Notes under the pieces: model-generated | Seen by the model: only the letters and a program-made list of their open reading frames with translations | Told to the model about the DNA's origin: nothing | The model's database searches: none | Part shown: piece by piece, positions 11,866 to 25,190 of the stretch | Layout: every line of letters begins with the position of its first letter | Numbering within the stretch: the stretch's first letter is position 1 | Program-made: the position numbers and the translations under genes | Origin: Eledone cirrhosa | Taxonomy: Eukaryota | Assembly (NCBI GenBank): GCA_964016885.1 | Contig: OZ024740.1 | Location: 49,414,001-49,478,000 of the forward strand | Direction of reading: 5' to 3' | DNA length: 64,000 nucleotides

Positions 11866-12711
11866 TCAAATTTATCGCTTCTGATAGCGGTGGTAATAAA
11901 ACCTCATCACATGCTGAGTCTGGGAAAAGGTTTGGTGCCTATGGCCGGCCAGGGCTAGAGTAATATTGAAAAACGATTCTATTTTCGAAGTAGAAGGATC
12001 CACCATTTGGAGTTCAACCCAGGCCACCTCCCCAAGTTGAACTCTGGGCAACATTGACTGTCTATTACTCAGTGGCTAAGAGCCTGGAAATTACTGAATA
12101 ACTTTTTGTGTCATATAATTTGTTGTTTTATTATTATAGCTGACCACTTATAGATAAGCATGTTATCCATATCCATATTAATTTAGCATTTGTATAAACC
12201 ATTTCAAGTAAATAGGGACCTTTTTTACATTGACGGACATCTTTTATATTAATTATCTATATTTACATATAATATAAAAGATTGGAACTTCCATCATCCT
12301 TTTGAGAAACGTGGAACAACCACGTCTATGCAATGATACACGTTTTACAGTCAGGCACAAGATGAACCATCTCCTAGAGGTCACTATTCTAGGTGGGAGC
12401 ACCTAGAATTGTTCATATACTATGCACAAACGGTACAACGAAGAATCTGGTATATCTGGAAATTTTTTTTACTGTTTTTGGTATCACACAGACAGCACGG
12501 ACGTGCGTCATACTGTAACCAGACAAACATCCAATACAGTCATTGTCTCTTTTACCTGTCTTCTCTTATCATCTGTTTACTCGGGCGAAGCTGGTTGCAT
12601 TAGTTAGTATACTTTAATGCTTTCAAACATCACATAATGTTTCAATGGAATTATTTATATTACGTAACGGCGTGAAAAAAAAAGACATGGAAACATTCGC
12701 TAATCAATATA

Positions 12712-13028
12712 TTCTTCTTCTTCTTCTTCTTCTTCTTCTTCTTCTTCTTCTTCTTCTTCTTCTTCTTCTTCTTCTTCTTCTTCTTCTTCTTCTTCTTCTT
12801 CTTCTTCTTCTTCTTCCAGAGGTGTTCGTGGGAGTAGAGTCCTCAAACACTACTTCCAGCGGGTCCTGTCAGAGGCAACTCTCTCCAGCTGATCCGACTG
12901 GATCCCCAAGCGAGACCAGCCAAGTTCATGGATGATATCCAACCATCTTGCTCGGGGTCTACACCTGGGTCTCCTGCCGGTTGGCTTTGCCCGTAAGATC
13001 GGCCCAGCAATTCTTTCCTGAGACATTC
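12712..13028 (-). mobile_element. RTE-like LINE 3' end with (AAG)n tail
   Basis: ILRAKPTGRRPRCRPRARWLD..DRTRWK; ~105-bp (CTT)n on the plus strand. Confidence 0.75.
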
Positions 13029-13173
13029 TAACTTTTTCTTTTGTAAATACAAGAAAATATGTGGATATTTGTTTGTATTTACAAAATAAATAAATAAATA
13101 AATGCATCTATCAGTTACATCTATATCACTGTCACGCTGTGTGTGTGTGTGTGTGTGTGCGTGTGCGCGTGTG

Positions 13174-13308
<135 letters not shown>

Positions 13309-14882
13309 TTGTCTGTATTTCTCTTTAGTTATCTATCTGTATCTTTCGTTAGTTGAGGTTGGCAACGGTTAGTTGATTGAACATGTTAAGCTTGTAACCA
13401 TAAATACAGACACTCACACAGATATGCGTGCACACACGCTCGAAGACACCGGCATATATATAATCTATAATATATTAATAAATGAACTGTCTTGGTGTCT
13501 GTCTGTCACTCACGGTCACTTCCAGCTGTCAAAACATTCTAAATATTTCTATTTAGAATTTATAGAACACAGTCAAAGTAAGGGTGGGGTGTTCAAATGT
13601 TATAAAATGTGCTCTGCCAACTGTGTTGTCCATCTCTCTCATGACTTCCAAACATCTGATCCACCGAAACTCGGCTGTTTCGGACCATACCAAAATCAAC
13701 ATACTGATTGTGGATTTGGTACGGGTGATGAAAAACGTGTCCCGCATGTACGGGTGATGAGAAACATGTCCCGCAGTTCTCTGGTTACAATCAGAGAGAT
13801 AAAATCAGAGTGTATAGAGGAGCCAGAACCAAATGGGAAAAAATGGTAAATAATGACACAAATGGGACCTGCCCCTTGTATAGGAGCAAATTTTGGAATA
13901 GAATAGAAAGAACTAGGAATAAGGCTAATAGAATAAACTCATGGTATGATAGCAATAAATACTAGAGTGTAATGTTCATCGATACAACCCCTAGAGGTGA
14001 ATTAGCTTACAAATTTAGAAGAGCCCTAGATAAACATAAACTCAATATTAAGATAGTAGAAAGACCAGGTACCTCCGTAAAAACACTTATTAGCAAGACA
14101 TACCCTTTTCAAAGACCCCCTGTATAGATAAGAAATGTATAACCTGTAAAATAAGCCCCCATATTAACTGTAAAACTAAAAATGTAGTATATAGCATAAG
14201 ATGTACTGAAGGACAATGTAGAGATAAAAATATAGTGTACATAGGTGAGACAGCTCGTAGTATAGGGCAACGGATAAATGAACACTGGCGAGACCTTCAA
14301 GATAGTAAAGAATCATCTGTACTCTACCAACATGCTAAAATAGAACATAAGGGTAAATTAGAGAACAGAAATAAAAATAGAATCTACACACAGAAAAGAC
14401 GCAATGTTTAGACAAATCACAGAGGCAATAAACATAAAAGAATTACAACCAAAATTAAATAGAAAATATGAGTGGAACAGCAACATCACAACTTACAATT
14501 AAGGACAAAATGAAAACACACACACAGAACAAACACCCAACAGGTAACATGTAAATAAACAAATAAATAAACGAATATAAACACACAGAGACACCCGGAT
14601 GTGGCGCATGCGCAGACTGAGCACACAACACACACACAGAAACAAAATGGCGTAGGACAGAACAAAGGAGAGGCACAAAAACAAAGAAAAGAATCCCCAG
14701 TCACTGAAGAGGTCACAGAATGTGTAACCAAAGAACTTTGACAATATATAAACAACTATCTGGTTGTGGAACCAACCAACCAACCAACCAGAAATTTATA
14801 AATTTATAAATTCCTAAATTTATAAATTTATTATAATAAATTGAAGTGAAAGCAACTGGTGCGTGTGTTTCTTATTGGCAAC

Positions 14883-17800
14883 ATGACCCTCCCAAAGTAT
14901 AACAATATCGGTTTCAACACACGATTTCAGATAAAGAATCTTGCTAAACAAATTCAGAAACGAAATATCATAAGCCTTAGCCAGGCTAACAAGATACTGA
15001 AAACCACCATGTTCTGTTGTCTACGAAAAACCATAACATCTCGACAACTACACTTCATAAAAGAATGTGCCTCGTCCCGAGTTTACACCAACACCATTAA
15101 CACCGACGTAAGAAGATTACAACTCACCAAAAAGCAAGCAGATAGGCTAAAACGAACACTAATTCTAAACATAAAAAAGATCTATAGAGAATTAAGTCAT
15201 CAAGAAAAACATAAGCGTAACCTAATACAAGAAATAACTGGGATCACCACACCAAGAGAGAAACTAATATTTATAAGCCTTATACGTCCTGAAGAACAGT
15301 ACATTGCTCAAGAATGTGATAAGCACTTTAACAAAAAACTAAAGTGGCTTAAGCAGATAAAACTAAATCAGGATACTGTAGAGAATACCAATAGATATCC
15401 CGACAAAATTGACGGTATACATATGGCCAACACCTCATTAACAGATGAGTTCAACAACAACAGCAACACAAATATATACGGCAACACGGCAATAGACCCT
15501 GATGAATTATCTGTATTACTTCTACCACCGAAATTTGCGACATTCAAGAAGGTAAATATGATTAGTTGTCTGTCAGAAATAGAAAAATCATTTACAAAAT
15601 TAAGTTGGAGCCTCAAAAACAAAAACAAAAACAAAAGTAACAACATACGCACACACATATACAACACACATCCCAACAACAACAGACACACAGACACAAA
15701 CAACAATAACAACAACACACACACCAACAATAATAACATACTCAGAAACAACAACAAAAGACACGCAGACACAAACAATAATAACAACACACACAACAAT
15801 AACACACACGGAGACAACAACAACAACACATCAACAACAGCACACATCAACAACAACAACACACATTCAATACCTCTCACCACCACCACAATCTTAACAA
15901 ACACACAGACACAGAAAACAAGTAATGACAGTAGCACAGAAATCACAGAAATAAGGGAAAGTAATAGGATTAAAAGAAGAAGGGAGACTATGGACAAAGA
16001 AAACAACCAAGACGAACACACAGACACACAAAATAGAGTAGATAATAACAATGAGCCAGTGGAAAGAGACAGGAGTAATTATGGGAGACATAGAAACAAC
16101 CATGAGGCTGTTGGTGGAAATAGAAATAGAAACAACACAACTAACAATAACAAGAGCACTAGTACACATAAAGCAGCAGCCAGGAACTCTACTTTTTATA
16201 ATCCCTCCGATAAGTCGTTCGACCTGAGACGAGTCCACGCCACGATTTTACCATTTAACAAACGCACGCAATTGCCGTCACAGGTCGATGAACAAACAGA
16301 AGCACAATTTAGTATAGCTAGATCCGAACTTAGAAATATTATAGAACAGTATAGCAAGAAGCATAATAGAATGGAGGCCCAGCAACTGGGAGAAAAATCT
16401 GCAAATGGCTTGCGTAAGCTCATGCAGCGCTCGCGTAATGGAGAGATAGCATGTTTTCCAACATACAAGTCTGGCAGAATGTCGGTTGACAGCCTGCCAA
16501 ACTACATCCAGGCAATGCAACCCCACATCACTAACACAAGGGAGGTAACACCACAGGAGCATGAGGATAGAGAAAAAGCCCTCAATGCCCATATGGTGAT
16601 GTGGACGAATATAATGCAGCCCAACAAAAGGACTGCCAACAACTTCCAGGCCTGGAACAATGACGTGCCGGCGTTGTATGGGCTTCGAAAAGACCATACA
16701 ACGGGCAGTGACCCTGTCACGGGACCACCAACACGGCCAGTCTATGGAGCTAACATTGCTAGTAACTACAGACTGTCCTACTTCCTCTTCCTGATCATAC
16801 GCCCCATCATTGAAATGTCCCCAGATGTATGTGACAGCACGGAAGACCTCCTCAGCAGAATCGGCGAGGGTAACCGATCTAGGGACCTAACAAAGTGCAT
16901 AATAGGTAGTATGGATGTTGTGTCCCTGTATCCATCTATTGACGTGGATTTTGCTGTGGAGAAATGCGTAGAAATGATCAGTGAGAGCAATGTTGAGTTC
17001 CGTGGGATTGATACCAGTGAGCTGGAACTTCTACTTAAACTTACCTATAGTAATAATTACCTAGACACTTATGACCTTAGCAACCTGTGCCCTACAAGAC
17101 CAGCAAGAGGCAGACCACCTACCATTACCTCAATGGCCAAGAAAACCCACACAGATAGATGGAACGGGTGGACCAGAGCCATACGGACACCCGAAAACCA
17201 CGATGAACTGAAGAAAATGATTGCACATGCGGTAGGGGCCAGCATAAAACTAACCCTTAAGGAACATATGTTCAAATTTAATGGAAAAACATATGCCCAA
17301 GAGGAAGGAGCAGCCATTGGTGTTAGCATTGCAGGCGACATAGCTAACTTATTCATGGTATGGTGGGACAGTAGACTTAAACTTAAATTTAAAGAACAAT
17401 TAGAAGACCCCTTAACCCTGATAATGTACTCCCGCTACGTTGATGATATAAACATCGTAGTTAAGACACCCCACTAGAGAACAGTCAGGAACTAGAGAAA
17501 AACACAATGGAAAGCATCCAGCAAATAGCTAACTCCATCCACCAGAGTATTAAAGTTACTATAGATTACCCAAGTAAACACCCCAACCATCGATTACCTG
17601 TACTAGATACAGAGCTCTGGTTAGATACCATTAATAACAAAAAATAAATCCTCCATTCCCATTATGCCAAACCCATGACTTCCAAACATCTGATCCACCG
17701 AAACTCGGCTGTTTCGGACCATACCAAAATCAACATACTGATTGCGGATTTGGTACGGGTGATGAGAAACGTGTCCCGCATGTGCAACCCCGAAGAACTA

Positions 17801-18569
17801 GAGAGACACATACAACACTTCATCCACCGTATGCAGTTCTCTGGTTACAATCAGAGAGATAAAATCAGAGTGTATAGAGGAGCCAGAACCAAATGGGAAA
17901 AAATGGTAAATAATGACACAAATGGGACCTGCCCCTTGTATAGGAGCAAATTTTGGAATAGAATAGAAAGAACTAGGAATAAGGCTAATAGAATAAACTC
18001 ATGGTATGATAGCAATAAATACTAGAGTGTAATGTTCATCGATACAACCCCTAGAGGTGAATTAGCTTACAAATTTAGAAGAGCCCTAGATAAACATAAA
18101 CTCAATATTAAGATAGTAGAAAGACCAGGTACCTCCGTAAAAACACTTATTAGCAAGACATACCCTTTTCAAAGACCCCCCCCCCTGTATAGATAAGAAA
18201 TGTATAACCTGTAAAATAAGCCCCCATATTAACTGTAAAACTAGAAATGTAGTGTATAGCATAAGATGTACTGAAGGACAATGTAGAGACAAAAATATAG
18301 TGTACATAGGTGAGACAGCTCGTAGTGTAGGGGAACGGATAAATGAACACTGGCGAGACCTTCAAGATAGTAAAGAATCATCTGTACTCTACCAACATGC
18401 TAAAATAGAAGACAAGGGTAAATTAGAGAACATAGAAATAAAAATAGAATCTACACACAGAAAAGACGCAATGTTTAGACAAATCACAGAGGCAATAAAC
18501 ATAAAAGAATTACAACCAAAATTAAATAGAAAATATGAGTGGAACAGCAACATCACAACTTACAATTAA
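14883..18569 (+). pseudogene. Penelope-like RT + GIY-YIG polyprotein (Neptune-like Cys linker), disrupted after 17477
   Basis: GSMDVVSLYPSI, QEEGAAIG, RYVDDI; CIDKKCITC linker; VYSIRC..VYIGETARSVGERINEH. Confidence 0.92.
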
Positions 18570-18770
18570 GGACAAAATGAAAACACACACACACATAGAA
18601 CAAAAAACCAACCGGTAACATGTAAATAAACAAATAAATAAACGAATATAAACACACAGAGACACCCGGATGTGGCGCATGCGCAGACTGAGCACACAAC
18701 ACACACACAGAAACAAAATGGCGTAGGACAGAACAAAGGAGAGGCACAAAAACAAAGAAAAGAATCCCCA

Positions 18771-18813
18771 GTCACTGAAGAGGTCACAGAATATGTGACG
18801 AAAGAACTTTGAC
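18771..18813 (+). ncRNA. Hammerhead motif in the family-1 pseudo-LTR
   Basis: GTCA CTGAAGA G GTCACA-gaata-TGTGAC GAAA GAAC TT TGAC; copies at 14700-14742 (GAAA mutated), 48030-48072 and 56678-56720. Confidence 0.75.
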
Positions 18814-19609
18814 AATATATAAACAACTATCTGGTTGTGGAACCAACCAACCAACCAGAAATTTATAAATTTATAAATTCCTAAATTTATAAATTTATTA
18901 TAATAAATTGAAGTGAAAGCAACTGGTGCGTGTGTTTCTTATTGGCAACATGACCCTCCCAAAGTATAACAATATATATATATATATATGTATATATATT
19001 ATCTACGTCTATTTCTACGTCTATTATCTAATTATCTACATCTATTTCACAATCTCTCCATTCGTTCATTTATTCATTCATTCTTTCATTCTTTCATCCT
19101 TTCTTTCTTTCTTTCTTTCTATTTTCTCTTTCTCTTATAGCTAATTATATAGAACCATTAACTATATTATTATATGATACTCACCATTATAAATCATGAC
19201 ACTAGGAATATTTTCATTTTGTTATGGTTTGTTTCACTAATTTATCATGGTTATTTTAAGCGTTAGTGGACAGGTAAATACAAATATAAAATGTTTGCAT
19301 TGTCAACCGTAAGGAGCAATAGATACTATCTTTAAAAGAACAGGTTAGTGGAATATTAGCATTGTTAACCTAATATATTAGCATTCTATCAAGGGAAACA
19401 GACGTTAAATGATAATCATGATGATGTTGATGGTGGTGATGATGATATCAATTAATGTCAATTGACACCCGGGATATAAAAAAAGGTTTCTTGATTTGTG
19501 CTTAAATATATCAACTAAGATATGTAATCAATACATGCATAAATATTAGATATAGATATTGAGAGACATGTTGGAATATAGGAGACATATATCCTTGGAT
19601 CGACCAGAC

Positions 19610-20002
19610 CAGCGGTTGCCAACCTTCCGGACCTCATGGACCACTAAATTCATAATTTTAAATCCCGCAGACGCCTAATATGAATTAAAGAAAAAAGATA
19701 ATACATTTGTAAAATAATGATCAGCGAACCTCCATTCTATAAAACAATACTGAAGCGTACGTGTGTCATATTGTCGATACATGATACATATGTGTAAAAT
19801 TCTTTCATGGATGTTAGTTCTTTACTGAGGAAAAACATTTTTAGGGGTGTTATAAAATATATTTTAACCAAATATTATTTTTATTTTATTATTAAATGTT
19901 TTATTATAAAAATTGCAAATGATGTCCAAATTTTTCTGCGGACCCCCCCAAATTTTATCTCAGATCACTAGTAGTCCGCGGGCCACCAGTTGCTGACCGC
20001 TG
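19610..20002. mobile_element. hAT-family MITE
   Basis: TIRs CAGCGGTTGCCAAC / GTTGCTGACCGCTG; exact 8-bp TSD GACCAGAC at 19602-19609 and 20003-20010. Confidence 0.88.
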
Positions 20003-21124
20003 GACCAGACAATCCGATCTTATATACTCGCTTGATTGCTCCCTTCTCTTCCATTTTGATCCGAATCTTCGGTAGCCTATGGATACATATTTTAGGTACA
20101 GAACCAACAATTCTGAAGAGGGAAAAGTCGATCAATATGGCCTCCATATTTGATTGGTAGCTCATTTTATCATCCTAGGAAGGTTTTGAAGTCAGAATGT
20201 AAAGAGACGGAACAAATAATTTTGTCCGACTCGCTAACGATTTCACTAATCCACCGTCACCAGTCACTTGGATTTCACGTTGCTGTCGTAGAGTGGTCCG
20301 ATTCGCAAGAGACTGAGGCTCATCTTTCATATTGTTTTAGCTTTTATATGACGCCACCTCACAGACTGGACAGGCAGGCCGTAGTTACTATTCTGCAGTT
20401 TATTTAGATTTCAACCTATAGTGAATCAACTATATGTTCGCTTCTGCAAGTCTTTTTTAGGGTGTGTGGTCCAGTACCAGGGGATACATACTGCTACCAT
20501 AGCAACCAGACAGCCATTTCCACTATTGCGTCACCATGAGACACTGAATATACTGCTTCAAAATGAGGGTACGTTCTAACTCCATATTAAGATCTCAATA
20601 AAATATCATGATATTATAGAATTGAATAAAATGTTAAATGATTTGTATTTTCTGATGTTGATATTAAATCAATTCTGTTATTCAAAACAAATTTTAGCAC
20701 TCCGGCATCTATGTATATTGAATATAAGATTGAACCAATGATTCCCGACAATTAATTTACTTATATCAGCAAACAACATTAGAAGTAACATAGATAAGAG
20801 ATAAGTAGCTCACGGTGAGAAAGAAACAAGAATCTTTCAACACTTGTTAGCATGGATATTATGCAATAATAACAAAACACAAAAATATATTATATTAAAT
20901 AAGCATGATATAAGTGCAAAAGTCTTATCCGAGAATTTTATGATCACTGTGAATATAGGTACAGGCAAGAAATTAGGTGATAATGAAATTAGGTTTGATC
21001 GCGCTGAGGTGTGCACCCTGGAAATTGTCTTCTGTCACTGACCATAGATTGTAAAATTCGGGAGACGGTTAAATTGGGTGTACACAACCACACACACACA
21101 CATTAATTGAAAAGCCATTTGTCT

Positions 21125-21945
21125 CTTAGAGATCTCAATGAATGGATAAATATACAGTATACAGATGAAATATCTCTCAGAAGCAATTTAACATATTAAA
21201 TTTATACTAAAATCTCAATTTAGGAGAGTATAAGTCACACCGACTAAAATAAGTTAGTCTAACTCATACAATCGTCTCCCACCATGGTTTCAAGAACAAA
21301 ATAAACAATAGCAGCTATTTCAAATAATTGGAATAACCAATAATGGAAGAACTTGTTCTATCGTCATTATAAGACTGTCGTATTGTCCAATACATATAGA
21401 GAGATTTGTTCATTTAGTAGTTCTACAAAGCAACGTGTTGGGCACCATGTGGTTTTGACAACGAAATGTGGTGTCTATACTTTATGATCAATATCTTCTC
21501 CTTTTCCAAAGAATTCTCCCCTGATGATAGAACAATTCTTCCAATATTGGTTATTCCAATTATTTAGTTAGACAAGTATTTTAGTTAGCCTGACTTATAC
21601 TCCCCTAAATTGCGACTTTGTCATAAATTTAATATGTAAAATTATTTCTCTGAGTGATATTCTATCTGTATATTTCATCCATTCATTGAAATATCTAAGT
21701 ATTAGAGAGAAATAACCTTTTATTAATATTAACAACTCCTTCATTAGAGAGTTGATTTAGAGGGTTTTTGCTGCTATTTCTATCGTCATTATAAGACTGT
21801 TGTATTGTCCTAATATATAGGGAGAGATTTGTTCATTTAGTACTTCCACGATGCGACGTGTTGGATAGCATGATGCTTCGACAACGAAATGGTCTGTATA
21901 CTTTATGATCAATATCTCCTCTTGTTCCAAAGAACCCTGCCCTGA
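21125..21945. repeat. Old inverted repeat (21125-21370 / 21522-21700) whose spacer is directly duplicated at 21778-21945
   Basis: aaataattggaataaccaata..gaagaa..tgttctatc versus gatagaacaattcttccaatattggttattccaattattt; tctatcgtcattataagactg at 21357 and 21779. Confidence 0.75.
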
Positions 21946-22063
21946 CAAACTCTCCTATACTTCCTAAAATCTCCACGGTTTGAAGCCATTTTTCTTTTTA
22001 TGACTGGCTGAATGAGTTGGAGTAAACAATCAACGAAACTTTCGTACAGATACATTTCACCGT

Positions 22064-22114
<51 letters not shown>

Positions 22115-22118
<4 letters not shown>

Positions 22119-22704
22119 AAATAGTAAAAAGGAAAAAAATACAGTAGAAAATACGGGAGGGATTTTTTCAGTATCATATCAAAACATTTACTTATAAAGT
22201 GGGTATTTCCGCATTTAATCGTGGTAGCGGTTTTAGCAGTATATGCCTTTTCAACGACGGAAGTGCAAAGTGCAGTTAAATTGCATATTTATACGAATAA
22301 TGATAAGCTGGAGAAGAAAAATTATTAGTTTTTACATTCGAAGCCAGCAGTCAGAAGAAAAAAACAGACTACTACCACCTCTGTTGGTCAACTAGCAAAG
22401 AACTAAGGAGAGCCTCGGACAAAAACATGAACTTTCCTCTCTAAATATATATAAAAACTAATCCTTTTTCTTCTTTAGTTTATTATTATTCGTATAAATA
22501 TGCAATTTAACTGCACTTTGTACTTCCACCGTTGAAAAAGCATATAATGCTGAAACCGGTAGCACGATTAAATGCGGAAATACCCACTTTATAAATAAAT
22601 GTTTTGATATTATACTGAAAAAATCCCTCTAGCATTTTCTACTGTATTTCGCTTTTCCTTTTTACTGTTTGTTCATATATATCAACTCGTTTGTCACTTA
22701 TCTA

Positions 22705-22708
<4 letters not shown>
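22115..22708. mobile_element. Fold-back mini-element (arms ~22115-22335 / ~22452-22675, tail ~22680-22708)
   Basis: ~220-bp diverged inverted repeat between (TA)n and (CT)n; hammerhead-like TTGAAAA..GAAACCGGTA. Confidence 0.75.
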
Positions 22709-22803
<95 letters not shown>

Positions 22804-22844
22804 CCTACATACATATATATATATATATGTATATTGATATACAT

Positions 22845-22905
<61 letters not shown>

Positions 22906-23049
22906 TACACATATACATATATATTTGTGCGGAAATTTGAGGTGTGTGTGTGGTTGTGATGAATATATGTGTTCATGCTTTTGTAATGTAGAGAATGATT
23001 TTAGTTTCTAAAATATCAAATATTATCTTTATTATTTTCATTTAGAAAC

Positions 23050-24700
23050 TTATGTAGACTGTCGCTGCTTAAAATTAATAAGGATCAAAAATAGATTGTG
23101 TCTGTTGTGTTAGTCCAATACTTTTAATGTTTCTGCTAGTATTTCATTTGCTCCAGTTGCGTTTCTCTCTTTCATTGACTTTATTGTCTTTTCTATTTCT
23201 TTTAAGATTTTGTTTCCATTAGCAAGCTTCTAAAATGGACATAGGTGGTCTGGTCTCATCACTTTTACGTATATGAGCTATCTAGATGGAATCTGCTCTG
23301 ATCAAACAGTGCTTTCAATTTTGTCCTGAATGTTACTACTTGCTGCTTGTGATCTCATTTTATCATACATTTCTTTAGATCTATCATGGTTATTAAGTTT
23401 TTAAAGTACTTCTACATTTCGAAATAATCTCTTTATCTTTAGTATTATTCTTTTATTTCCTTCTTCTTTCCATTTTTGATAGAATTTCATTAGTCATCCA
23501 TTCATCTTCCCTTTCCAGGCAGTGTTATTTATGTTTAGTGATGTTTGCATGCAAGTTTTAATTGCGTTTAGTTTTTCTTCACTTTGTTCTTCATTATATG
23601 ATTCTTGTATTTACTTTTCCTTTTGTAAAAGAATTATATATATTTGTTTCGTGTTTCGACATTATATTTCTGTTTGTATTCTGTCTGTTTTAACAGATTC
23701 CATTTTAATTGTTCTTGTCTTTTAACTATTTTCATTTTCGTAAAGTATAATTAGTAATTAAGTTTGATTCGTAATTCGACTACCACTAGATTATAGTCGG
23801 TCTGAATTGATATCTACTTCAGGGTAGGTTTTTCAAATTTCAGTTTTTAACCATTAATTTATAAGCACATACTCTATCTGAATTCATGTTATGCTATCTA
23901 ATCACCTCCACGTGTATACATTTTCTGGTGGTTATAAATTCTTTCATTCACAAAAGTGAATCAGTCGATCAAGCCTTTTATTTCTTTCATCTAATCCATA
24001 TTGACCTGTTATATCGGCCTATTGTGAAGACGCATGGCTTAGTGGTTAGAGCATTGGTCTTGCAACCGAAAGGTTGCGAGTTCAATTCTCGGACCGGGTG
24101 ATGTGTTGTTTCCTTGAGCAAGATACTTTATTTCACGGTGCTCCAGTTTACTCAGCTGTAGAAATGAGATGATAGGACCGGGGTCCCTATCATTAAATTA
24201 CCCAAGACACTTCCACCGAGATATACCTTGGAGGAGGCCAGCTAAACCTGCATAGGTGTGAGCTGTCACACACACGCACATATTGACTTGTTACATAAGC
24301 GGTGTTTGCCGACTTTTGCATAAAAAGCTCCATTACATGTGGGATTTAGCTTTAGTGGATTTTATTACATTTTGAATTTACTGGTTGAATTCTTTTGTTT
24401 ATTCATCTCTGTATTCTTGTGTCGGTGAGAATAACTGTCTGGTGTTGATATTGAAAGATCTTTCCTGTAGTTTCATCATTATCATTCTATCCGAAATTGT
24501 CCCACATCAAATGAATGTTTTAGCTAAAGCATTTCTCACTATAAATCCTAACATAGCGTGATTAATCATCTATCTTGTTATCTTGTTTCAGGTATACCCA
24601 TGATGTCAATATTTATTTTTCTGTTTTCTGTATAACATTTCAATTTTTGCTAATACTATCCATGGTTAACTAATGGTATGTAAATGGTAGGGTCATAACA
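23050..24700 (-). mobile_element. Highly decayed LINE remnant (AP endonuclease region), interrupted by a SINE
   Basis: Fragmentary minus-strand VDINSD/YNLVV resembling the SDH motif; weak. Confidence 0.3.
24025..24170 (+). mobile_element. tRNA-derived CORE-like SINE
   Basis: A box TGGCTTAGTGG, B box GAGTTCAATTC, then ccttgagcaagatactttatttcac..ctcagctgtagaaatgag. Confidence 0.7.
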
Positions 24701-24972
24701 TAGGCAACTTATCTCTCTGTCTTAAGTGAGAAAAATAGCAAAATCTTATATATATTGAACATTCTTGAAAGTTTTTACTTTTCAGTAATCTACATTGTCA
24801 TTCAACCGCTTTGGCAATCAAACCCATTTGGATAGTATTATAGAAGTATTAAGAATTAGAAGTTTAGAGATCACTTATGAAATCATCATAAGGTGAAAAT
24901 TAGACCGGAATTCTCTCCCATAATTGCCAAGAAAACGGAAAAAAAGAATGTTTATCATTATTTCTCCACCGC

Positions 24973-25190
24973 AGGGCAGCGGATTGGTAGTATCGGTAGG
25001 GATCTGACAACATGCTTAGCAGCACAGAGTTACGGCCCTTTATGATCTGAGTTCAAATCCCGCCGATGTTAAATTTGCCTTTCATCCTTACGGGATCGAT
25101 AAAATAAAGTACCAGTCATGCACTGGGGTCGATTTAATCGACTTTCCCCTCCCCCAAAATTGTTGGCCTTGTGCCTATATAAGAAACCAG
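24973..25190 (+). mobile_element. Deu/Nin-like SINE, near full length
   Basis: GAGTTCAAATCC B box; gcctttcatccttacgggatcgataaaataaagtaccagt. Confidence 0.8.

Larger units (their letters stand above)
5892..12607 (+). mobile_element. Helitron region (decayed autonomous element plus short Helitron-like ends)
   Basis: RepHel ORF remnants; A|TC-type 5' ends near 5892 and 12256; GC hairpin plus degenerate CTAG 3' end at 12580-12607; boundaries uncertain. Confidence 0.6.
13640..18974 (+). mobile_element. Penelope-like element family 1, partial-tandem structure (13640-14907 repeats 17674-18974)
   Basis: ~1.3-kb direct repeat of the 3' region upstream of a full-length copy; 3' end AAGTATAACAAT joined to (TA)n. 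Confidence 0.92.

Noticed and set aside
12645-12935. Poly-Leu ORF
   Set aside because: Reads through the (CTT)n tail of a LINE
15368-16051. 227-aa hydrophobic antisense ORF
   Set aside because: Reverse complement of the AAC/ACA-rich tract in the Penelope ORF
24025-24100. tRNA gene
   Set aside because: No proper cloverleaf; continues into a SINE body
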